From Candidatus Cloacimonadales bacterium (GTDB lineage: Bacteria > Cloacimonadota > Cloacimonadia > Cloacimonadales > JAFGVF01): a stretch of 64,000 nucleotides of DNA. The DNA is taken from assembly GCA_963677495.2 (NCBI GenBank), contig CAXXOU010000003.1, forward strand, positions 320,001 to 384,000. Reading direction: 5' to 3'. The position numbers were made by a program, and so were the translations under genes. Shown one piece after another: positions 38,382 through 45,831 of the stretch; the first letter of the stretch is position 1, and each line of letters opens with the position of its first letter. The notes beneath the pieces are model-generated. The model did no database searches, was not told where the DNA came from, and was given only the letters and a program-made list of their open reading frames with translations.

Positions 38382-40808
38382 ATGAAAGTTCTTATTGTTG
38401 GTGGAGTTGCCGGAGGTGCTAGTACATTAGCACGACTGAGACGTTTAGATGAACGTGCTGAGATAGTTATGGTTGAGCGAGGTAAATACATAAGTTTTGC
38501 TAACTGTGGATTGCCTTACCATATTGGCGGGGTTATCAAGAACCGAGAGAACCTTTTAGTGGAGATTGAAGAGGGTTTAGAACAAAAATTCAATGTAGAC
38601 ATTAGAGTAGAGACTGAAGCAATCACAATAGATAGATCACGAAAGGTGGTTGTTCTTAAGAATCTCCACACAGGAGTTGAGTATGAAGAATCATATGATA
38701 AACTTGTTCTTTCTCCAGGTTCAATTCCATTTATCCCTGACCTCCCTGGAATCAATTCAAGAAGAGTACATTCACTTCGCAACATGAGTGATATGGATGG
38801 CATTATCGAATATATAAACACTCATAAAGTTAAGAATGCAATTGTAGTTGGTGGGGGATTTATAGGAGTTGAGACTGCTGAAAACCTCTTTGAACGTGGC
38901 ATTGATGTAGCAGTAGTAGAACGCGCACCTCAAATACTCGGTCAATTCGATTGGGACTTTGCCCAGATGGCTCATGAACAACTCGCTGATCATGGAATAA
39001 AAATCTATCTTGAGACATCAGTGGAAGGCTTTGAAGAGGTACCTGATGGTGTAAAAGTCATTCTTGATAATGATAGTGAACTTGAAGCCCAATTAGTCAT
39101 ACTTTCTATCGGAGTAGTGCCGGAAAGTAAGCTTGCTGTTGACGCTGGACTCGATATTGGTCATAAAGGTGCAATAATTGTAAATGAGAACTTACTTACT
39201 TCTGATCCTGATATCTATGCTGTTGGAGATGCAATTCAAGTTACATGTCAGATTCGTAATGAACCGATTTTAGTTCCTTTGGCATGGGGAGCAAACAGAC
39301 AGGGGAGACTCTGTGCTGATAATATCTGCGGTATGGATAAGAAATTCAGCCCACAGCTTGGTACATCAATTCTGAAAGTTTTTGATTATACTGGAGCAGC
39401 AACAGGGCTTAGCGCATTTCAATTAGAAAAAGCAGGCATTGAGTTTAAAACCGTCGTTGCAACACGTAACAATCATGCGGGTTATTATCCGGGTGCATTC
39501 CCAATGATGCTGAAGCTACATTATGCTGAGGATGGAACAATACTAGGTGCGCAAGGATTTGGTCTTGATGGAGTAGACAAAAGAATCGATGTCATTGCAA
39601 CAGCTATAAAAGGTAACTTAAAAGCGTGGGATTTACAAGATATTGAAGTAGCCTATGCACCACCTTTCAATTCTGCAAAAGATCCTGTTAACATCTTGGG
39701 CTATATGGCTGAGAACCGCAAGACCGGTATGGAGGAATCCATCACATGGAAAGAACTTGTCCAAGTTCAAGACAAAGTACAGATTTTAGATATCAGAACA
39801 TATGCAGAACGCTCTTTAGGTCACATAGAAAATGACATTCATATTGAATTAAATGATCTTCGAACAAGAATCGAGGAGTTGGATAAAGGTAAAGAATATG
39901 TTGTTTATTGTGCAATGGGGCATAGAGGATATATCGCATTCAGAATTCTGAAGCAGTATGGATTCAGAGTTCGGAATCTTATTGGTGGTTATAAACTATA
40001 TAAATATGCTTTCTCAAGCTTCGAACCTAAAGATGTAGCTGCAAAGAAAGATAAGCACTACCTGGAAAGCAACATTGATATAAGTAAACGCATTGTACTT
40101 GATGCATGTGGATTACAATGTCCCGGTCCGATAATGAAAACAAAAGAGGCGATGGAGACTCTAGAAAATGGTCAACTGCTTGAAGTTAAAGCGAGTGACC
40201 CCGGATTTAAGAAAGATGTTTATCATTGGGCCGATAGTACCGGTAATCAGGTTATCGAAACTAGCTTTGAAAAAGGGATAGTTACAGCTATTCTTCAAAA
40301 GGGTACAGGACGATCAAAAAACATTGGACTGACAGTTGAGAAGAATGGGCAAACAATCGTTGTGTTTAGTGGTGACTTAGATAAAGTTCTTGCGTCCATG
40401 ATTATCGCAAACGGTGCACTTGCTATGGGAAAAGATGTAACGCTATTCTTTACTTTCTGGGGATTAAATGCACTTAGAAGGAAAGGAACAAAGGTTAAGA
40501 AACCTTTGCTTGAGAAGATGTTTGGTGCTATGATGCCTGAGGGTATGGATGAACTCAAAATCTCTAAGATGAACATGGGTGGTATGGGCACTGCATTGAT
40601 GAAATCAATTATGCAGGAGAAGAATGTTGATAGTCTAGACACGCATTTGAAAAGTTTCTTGAAAAATGGTGGAAAAATAATTGCCTGTACAATGTCAATG
40701 GATGTATTAGGTATAACAAAAGATGAATTAATAGATGGAATCGAGTATGCCGGTGTTGCTTCATATTTAGGTGAAGCAGAGAAGGCAAGTTCTAACCTGT
40801 TTATTTAG
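38382..40808 (+). CDS. CoA-disulfide/persulfide reductase fused to rhodanese, TusA-like and DsrE2-like domains
   Basis: GGVAGG, SFANCGLPY (redox Cys), GGGFIG and YAPPF; rhodanese YCAMGHRG; TusA LDACGLQCPGPI; DsrE2 FFTFWGL...ACTMSMDV. Confidence 0.93.
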   Translation: MKVLIVGGVAGGASTLARLRRLDERAEIVMVERGKYISFANCGLPYHIGGVIKNRENLLVEIEEGLEQKFNVDIRVETEAITIDRSRKVVVLKNLHTGVEYEESYDKLVLSPGSIPFIPDLPGINSRRVHSLRNMSDMDGIIEYINTHKVKNAIVVGGGFIGVETAENLFERGIDVAVVERAPQILGQFDWDFAQMAHEQLADHGIKIYLETSVEGFEEVPDGVKVILDNDSELEAQLVILSIGVVPESKLAVDAGLDIGHKGAIIVNENLLTSDPDIYAVGDAIQVTCQIRNEPILVPLAWGANRQGRLCADNICGMDKKFSPQLGTSILKVFDYTGAATGLSAFQLEKAGIEFKTVVATRNNHAGYYPGAFPMMLKLHYAEDGTILGAQGFGLDGVDKRIDVIATAIKGNLKAWDLQDIEVAYAPPFNSAKDPVNILGYMAENRKTGMEESITWKELVQVQDKVQILDIRTYAERSLGHIENDIHIELNDLRTRIEELDKGKEYVVYCAMGHRGYIAFRILKQYGFRVRNLIGGYKLYKYAFSSFEPKDVAAKKDKHYLESNIDISKRIVLDACGLQCPGPIMKTKEAMETLENGQLLEVKASDPGFKKDVYHWADSTGNQVIETSFEKGIVTAILQKGTGRSKNIGLTVEKNGQTIVVFSGDLDKVLASMIIANGALAMGKDVTLFFTFWGLNALRRKGTKVKKPLLEKMFGAMMPEGMDELKISKMNMGGMGTALMKSIMQEKNVDSLDTHLKSFLKNGGKIIACTMSMDVLGITKDELIDGIEYAGVASYLGEAEKASSNLFI

Positions 40809-40817
40809 GAGGTAAAC

Positions 40818-41054
40818 ATGATAGAATTCAAAGATGGTGCATGTATTTGCGGTACTGTTAAAGTTGGAGAACGTGGTCAGATAGTAATACCTAAGAAAGC
40901 TAGGGATTACTTTGATATCCAAGCAGGTGACTCTCTAATTGTGCTTGGAGATAAGAATAAAGGTATCACAATTATTAAGGCTGATAAGCTTGAAAGCTTT
41001 GCAAACATGTTGTTGCAGAATGTTCAGGAAAATAAGGAGCAGGAAAATGATTAA
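40818..41054 (+). CDS. AbrB/MazE/SpoVT family DNA-binding protein
   Basis: GTVKVGERGQIVIPKKARDYFDIQAGDSL. Confidence 0.9.
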   Translation: MIEFKDGACICGTVKVGERGQIVIPKKARDYFDIQAGDSLIVLGDKNKGITIIKADKLESFANMLLQNVQENKEQEND

Positions 41055-41220
41055 GGTTATCAAAGAGTTTTGTCCACAGAACCATTTCTGTCCAACAAAG
41101 CGAATCTGTCCGGTAGATGCCATAAAGCAGGATGGGTTTAATGCCCCGACTATTGACAAAGATAAATGTATAGATTGTGGGAAGTGTATTAGGTCATGTC
41201 CCGCATTCAGAAAAGCATAA
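41047..41220 (+). CDS. Small 4Fe-4S ferredoxin-like protein
   Basis: MIKVIKEFCPQNHFCPTKRICPVDAI...CIDCGKCIRSCP. ATG 41047 overlaps the AbrB stop and has an AGGAG upstream. Confidence 0.88.
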   Translation: MIKVIKEFCPQNHFCPTKRICPVDAIKQDGFNAPTIDKDKCIDCGKCIRSCPAFRKA

Positions 41221-41268
41221 AAATCACTATCAGTATTTTGACATGATATGAATGTAATCCATAACTAA

Positions 41269-41398
41269 ACCCCTTCAATCCTCGGGAGTGAATGGGGACT
41301 TAGTTGAGGATTTGGTGGGAATTTCTCGGGCAAAGCCCCGAGTGATTCCCGAGAGAGTCCCGGGAGATTCCCGTGTGTGTCCCGGGGATTGAAAGGGT
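41269..41398. repeat. Mirror-symmetric 11-bp periodic array (CCCGRG core, 5+5 units) with 19-bp terminal inverted repeats
   Basis: ACCCCTTCAATCCTCGGGA ... TCCCGGGGATTGAAAGGGT (17/19). Right arm: cccgagtgatt/cccgagagagt/cccgggagatt/cccgtgtgtgt/cccggggattg. Confidence 0.85.
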
Positions 41399-41615
41399 GC
41401 ATAGAGAGTATAAAGATGTTGCACTTCGTTCGAAGGACAGATTTCTTATATAATCAGAGACTTACAGGGACAGACAGGGACTAACAGCTAAGCACAGTTC
41501 TACTGTTTTTTGTTCCTTACTTTTATGCGTTCTCTATATAGTTTTTCAGTGAAGCCACTTTCTGAACAAATTTGTCTGCTAAATGCTTAACCTGTTTGTC
41601 ATTGCTATCTCTTAT

Positions 41616-41993
41616 CTACTTCTCCGGTATAGTAAAATAACTGGCATCGAAACGGTCGCTACCTACCCATAAGTCGATCTTTGTGCCACTTGATGTGCGA
41701 CTCACATCTGCATGTTTAATCTGCCAACCGATGAGATTAAGACGGGCTGCTCCGAGCATATCACCACCGCCCATTGTACCGTAGTAATCTGCTAATTCAG
41801 GACGTGTACCTGTATTTAGTGCTTTGTTGATATCTTCAAGTTCCTCATCTGTTCGCAGATGGTTGTCAACAACTGCAAGATGCATTCCATCCTCTTCCTG
41901 ATGAAGACTAATCACCATACGTTTGGGCTTTGTTTCTAATATGAAGTTAGATATTTCTCCGATTATATGAAGCAAGTACTCTTTGCTTTGCAT
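41616..41993 (-). CDS. Hypothetical protein, partner of DUF1576
   Basis: GGAG RBS; 11 bp from the upstream gene; no recognised catalytic motif. Confidence 0.7.
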   Translation of the reverse strand: MQSKEYLLHIIGEISNFILETKPKRMVISLHQEEDGMHLAVVDNHLRTDEELEDINKALNTGTRPELADYYGTMGGGDMLGAARLNLIGWQIKHADVSRTSSGTKIDLWVGSDRFDASYFTIPEK

Positions 41994-42004
41994 AGAAGAT
42001 CTCC

Positions 42005-43261
42005 TTATTTATTTTTTATTCCTTTAAACCATTGAATTATCGCTAAGAACAGAGTAGCTGTTAAACCACCTGCAAAACCATTATTGTATAGATCTATACC
42101 ACCATGCCACGCTGCACTGCGTTCTACTAAAGATAGGTGTACAAATCCTGCTAAGATACCAACTATTGGGCCAAACTGACCGCTTAACGGTGCTAATGTA
42201 GTTACAAAAAGAGCTGCAAGAACAGGTCCCGGTGCGTTTAAACCTTTCCCATAAAGGAGAGTTGCGATTATAACTCCAATAACGCAAGGGATAGTATTTT
42301 TAAGATGCTTACCAAAAGTGGCGAAGCCAATAACCGTAAACAGTCCACCAATAACAGGTCCATTTAAAGGTGCATTTACTAGAAGCAAGTATCCGGTAAA
42401 AACAAGTCCCAGAATACCGGCATTCACTAAAGCTGATCCCGGAGTTATTAAGGACATAAAATCTGTTGGTAGTCGTCCGGATAACTTCATAATCTTGATA
42501 AGATTTTTAAATAGTTTAGGTCCATCCATGATAGCACCCCAAACCAGAAGAAGTAGTGATATTGCAGGCGTTAAAAGAACTAATGCAATGTGAGGTTCTG
42601 TATTCCAGATAACGTTAATTCCAATATTTTGCTTTGCTCCTACTAGGAATGAAGCAAAGAAAAGAGCTATAAAACCACAGGCAAGACCAATGTTATAGAG
42701 GTTAAATCCTTCATGCATTCGTAGCATAGCAACACCAATACCGGGGAGTATGAAACCTGCAACAGTACCACTAATAATACCAAGTAGCATTCCTAAAGGT
42801 CCGGTAAAACCTGATTCGAACAGAATATAGCTAACTAATGGACCTAGTGCTGTACCAAAAAGAGCAAAAAGAAGGTAACTACTAAAAGCTTTTTTGGTTA
42901 CTTTGCTTGCAATAAAAACACCTAAAACAATTGGTAACGCGTTGAGAGGAGTCTTTCCGAAAAGACTAAAGCCAACAATTGTAAAGAACGCGGCAATTGT
43001 GGGTCCAGATAAGCTGACTCCGGCAAGTTTGATTAAGAGTAAAGACAGAAATCCCATTATCCCCGCATTAACAAGAGCTCCCCCAACACCACCTATGGAT
43101 GTAAAATCATTAATTAATCTTGCAGCGTGAGTTTGGATAGTTATAAATCCTTGAAGACTTGGGATAACTCCATCAATTACAAATCCCAGTACAATAATTC
43201 CCAAAGCGCAAATCGACATAAGTAGATAGTTCTTCTTCTCGTAAACAAGCATAGTCTGCAT
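42005..43261 (-). CDS. DUF1576 family membrane protein
   Basis: Internally duplicated motifs GP(T/V)I..FT..GF..FGK...N, LF.T.L.PL and GF/IxLYN.G.A.G. Confidence 0.85.
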   Translation of the reverse strand: MQTMLVYEKKNYLLMSICALGIIVLGFVIDGVIPSLQGFITIQTHAARLINDFTSIGGVGGALVNAGIMGFLSLLLIKLAGVSLSGPTIAAFFTIVGFSLFGKTPLNALPIVLGVFIASKVTKKAFSSYLLFALFGTALGPLVSYILFESGFTGPLGMLLGIISGTVAGFILPGIGVAMLRMHEGFNLYNIGLACGFIALFFASFLVGAKQNIGINVIWNTEPHIALVLLTPAISLLLLVWGAIMDGPKLFKNLIKIMKLSGRLPTDFMSLITPGSALVNAGILGLVFTGYLLLVNAPLNGPVIGGLFTVIGFATFGKHLKNTIPCVIGVIIATLLYGKGLNAPGPVLAALFVTTLAPLSGQFGPIVGILAGFVHLSLVERSAAWHGGIDLYNNGFAGGLTATLFLAIIQWFKGIKNK

Positions 43262-43392
43262 TTATCCTTTCTTTATGGTTACCTTTTAGAATGCAATATT
43301 ACACTATTTTAGATATGATGTCAATTTATTGATTAACTTTGATTATGTATTATCTAACATTGACTGCTTCTAAAGTTCGTATACAAAGAATA

Positions 43393-43418
43393 AGAAGCCA
43401 CCTTGCAAGATGGCTTCT
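43393..43418 (-). terminator. Rho-independent terminator
   Basis: AGAAGCCA-ccttgcaaga-TGGCTTCT hairpin with T-rich sequence following on the minus strand. Confidence 0.7.
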
Positions 43419-43442
43419 AAGAATCAATAGCACCTTAAATCA

Positions 43443-45128
43443 TTAACAATATCCATACCTAGGTTTCCAGAAACCTTTTGCGATTTCATCCGGGTTTGCC
43501 TCAATATCATAACGCTTGAAATATTTACACACATTTACTATATCTCTAACCAGCAAATCGTATGCATATTGATTTACTGAAGGGTTAACTGCTTGAGGAA
43601 AGTCAATGATGTATGGTTCCTCTTCATGATATAGGATGTTATAAGCAGATAGATCACCATGAACAATTCCATATTCAAGCATCGTTTCTATATCATCCAA
43701 TAACTTAGTGAATACTATCTTAGCTTCATCTTTAGTGAGTCTCGTATCTTTGAGTAATGAAGAGCACAAGTCCTGTTCTCCTAAGAACTCCATGACGATT
43801 GCATCATGTGTATGAGCAATTGGTTTAGGAACATTGACTCCAGCATCGTATAGTGTAGCTAATGTGTCATATTCATTACTCACCCAATTGGATCTTTCAG
43901 CATCTTGACCAACAGCAGTCTTCTTTCTAATAGCTCTTAGTAATCTTTGGTCCCACACTCTACCTATATGATATACTTTATCACGTTTGAAGTTCCTATA
44001 TTTCTTCTCTTTATACAATTTAACTGCCATGTACTCGCTATCCATGTTTTCATGTGATCTGCAACAAATGACGGTAGCTTCCTTTCCTTGTTTCACTACT
44101 CTGACGATATCTGATATTATCTTTTCATTATAGAAATCTACACAAGACTCACCATATCGCATCAGATCAGTTTTCATGACATTGTCAGAATTTAAGTACT
44201 TCAAGAAGATCGATTCATACAGCTTAACTCTCTCTAAATCAACCTCCGGTACAGAGTCTTTATTGAATCTCTGTCCAAGTTCACTCATGAAGTCAAGACA
44301 GCAAACAGTTGTATAAAAGTTAAGAATCTCTATCTTTCTAGGTTCCAGGTCATACTCATCTAACATGTAGTCAATATAGTCAGTATCACTACCTTGTGAA
44401 AGTAGTGCCATACGCGTCAAGGCAACATGGAAGAGTCTATCACCAAAGCATATATTATCAACATCAACTATACCCGTTAGCTTACCTTCATGGATAAGTA
44501 CGTTTTTAGTGGTTATATCATCAAGGAACGGTTTAGGTCTGATCCTATCTAAATAGTCACTGTACTTCTGTAGTTTAGAAAGAAGCTGTTCTGCATACTT
44601 AAGATCAAATATCCTTGTCTCTTCCAGTCTTCTTTTAGAACGCAAGATTGATTTGAAGACAACATCTTTCCAACTACTGTTTTCTCGAAGACTGCTGTCA
44701 TTGTAGCATTCAGCATATCCATAATAATCATTTTTCTGCAGTTTGGAAACAAGACTCTGAATACTAACTATCTCTCTTGCCAGAACTTGTTTCTGTTCTC
44801 CTGTCAGCTCATCATATACATAACATAAGTCTTTTCCGGGTAGTTTAGCAACAACCATGTATGGAAGCTTTTCATTTAAGTTATAGTGTAGTAGTTTTGC
44901 CAGTGGAAGGTCTAATCCTTTAAGATATTCATTCCAATAAACTCCACTTCTGATTAAAGACTCAGTACCTTCTCTTGCTATTCTGATTACGACTTCTTCG
45001 CCGTTACCGGACTTCACATTATAAACATAGTGACATAATCCTGTCGCTAATCTTTCAATCTCAATTATCTCTTCATTGTAGTGTCTTCTTATATATTTTT
45101 TTACTAACTCTATGTAGTTTGTTTTCAT
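43443..45128 (-). CDS. Aminoglycoside-phosphotransferase-like domain fused to a RIO1-family Ser/Thr kinase
   Basis: N-terminal: GLCHYVY, VVIRI, LDDITTKNVL, GIVDVD. C-terminal: KQGKEATV, AVKLYK, EYDTL..L...GVNVPKP, VHGDLSAYNIL, IIDFPQ. Confidence 0.88.
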   Translation of the reverse strand: MKTNYIELVKKYIRRHYNEEIIEIERLATGLCHYVYNVKSGNGEEVVIRIAREGTESLIRSGVYWNEYLKGLDLPLAKLLHYNLNEKLPYMVVAKLPGKDLCYVYDELTGEQKQVLAREIVSIQSLVSKLQKNDYYGYAECYNDSSLRENSSWKDVVFKSILRSKRRLEETRIFDLKYAEQLLSKLQKYSDYLDRIRPKPFLDDITTKNVLIHEGKLTGIVDVDNICFGDRLFHVALTRMALLSQGSDTDYIDYMLDEYDLEPRKIEILNFYTTVCCLDFMSELGQRFNKDSVPEVDLERVKLYESIFLKYLNSDNVMKTDLMRYGESCVDFYNEKIISDIVRVVKQGKEATVICCRSHENMDSEYMAVKLYKEKKYRNFKRDKVYHIGRVWDQRLLRAIRKKTAVGQDAERSNWVSNEYDTLATLYDAGVNVPKPIAHTHDAIVMEFLGEQDLCSSLLKDTRLTKDEAKIVFTKLLDDIETMLEYGIVHGDLSAYNILYHEEEPYIIDFPQAVNPSVNQYAYDLLVRDIVNVCKYFKRYDIEANPDEIAKGFWKPRYGYC

Positions 45129-45260
45129 TATTTCTCCGGTTAATATGATTAATTATATACTCAATTATATTTACTTCTCTTGTGTGTGTTGCAACATGTA
45201 CATTTCCATTCATTACGCTTAAGGCTTGCATTTTTACTCCTTTTGATGTGTTATCTTGTT

Positions 45261-45404
45261 AAATGTAAAGAAGCCTTTGGAACTATGTCCCAAAGGCTTA
45301 AAAATACTTTGGGATTAGACGTGTTCTTGCCTAATCCCAAGATTATATGTTACTTTTAAATCGTTGTGTCTGTCACTAATTCAAATACTAAAATGAGATT
45401 AGAC
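45261..45404 (-). promoter_or_regulatory. Putative transcription attenuator (mutually exclusive hairpins plus terminator) in the 5' leader of the APH-RIO gene
   Basis: Minus-strand segments: GTCTAATCTCA (45404-45394), CTTGGGATTAGGC (45341-45329), GTCTAATCCCAAAG (45320-45307), then terminator AAGCCTTTGG...CCAAAGGCTT-CTTTACATTT (45299-45261). Confidence 0.75.
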
Positions 45405-45446
45405 TTACTTTGCTCTTGATTCCTTTTCGATTGATTTCATGTTCAT
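45405..45446 (-). CDS. Putative leader peptide MNMKSIEKESRAK
   Basis: GGAGGA RBS at 45451-45456; the stop codon directly abuts attenuator segment 1. An alternative start exists at ATG 45440. Confidence 0.65.
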   Translation of the reverse strand: MNMKSIEKESRAK

Positions 45447-45477
45447 AAGTTCCTCCAATTCATTTAATATTTGTCCC

Positions 45478-45506
45478 AATATAAGGTTACATGCATTATT
45501 TGTCAA
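45478..45506 (-). promoter_or_regulatory. Sigma70-type promoter TTGACA-N17-TATATT
   Basis: Near-consensus hexamers with 17-bp spacing, just upstream of the leader RBS. Confidence 0.75.
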
Positions 45507-45831
45507 GCAAAGAAGAGTTTGAAGAGTTTGAAGTCTTCGGACTTGCACCGCAACGATAGTGTACCGAAAACGGACTTCATCAATTGGTAGTATGACCGGA
45601 ACAGACATAACACAGTTAAATGATCAAGGAAGTCCGTTTTCGCTTCTCTTCGTTCAGCTCTGGCAAACTCCCTTGAGTATTTAGAAACAGTACAAAAGAC
45701 AGAGCAGTGTTTTAGTTGACAAGTTTCATTTATCACTAACAATATGCATATGATTGGCTTTGAGTATATTCCAGCTTGATTGGAATCAAGTCATGTTCAG
45801 TAACAGTTAAAAGGTTTAAGGGTATGAAATT

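Noticed and set aside
40818..41220. AbrB/MazE toxin-antitoxin pair
   Set aside because: The downstream gene is a ferredoxin, not a PIN or MazF toxin.
45447..45742. ORF-track ORFs 45405..45608 and 45503..45742
   Set aside because: They span a consensus promoter; only the last 13 codons of the first (the leader peptide) have an RBS.
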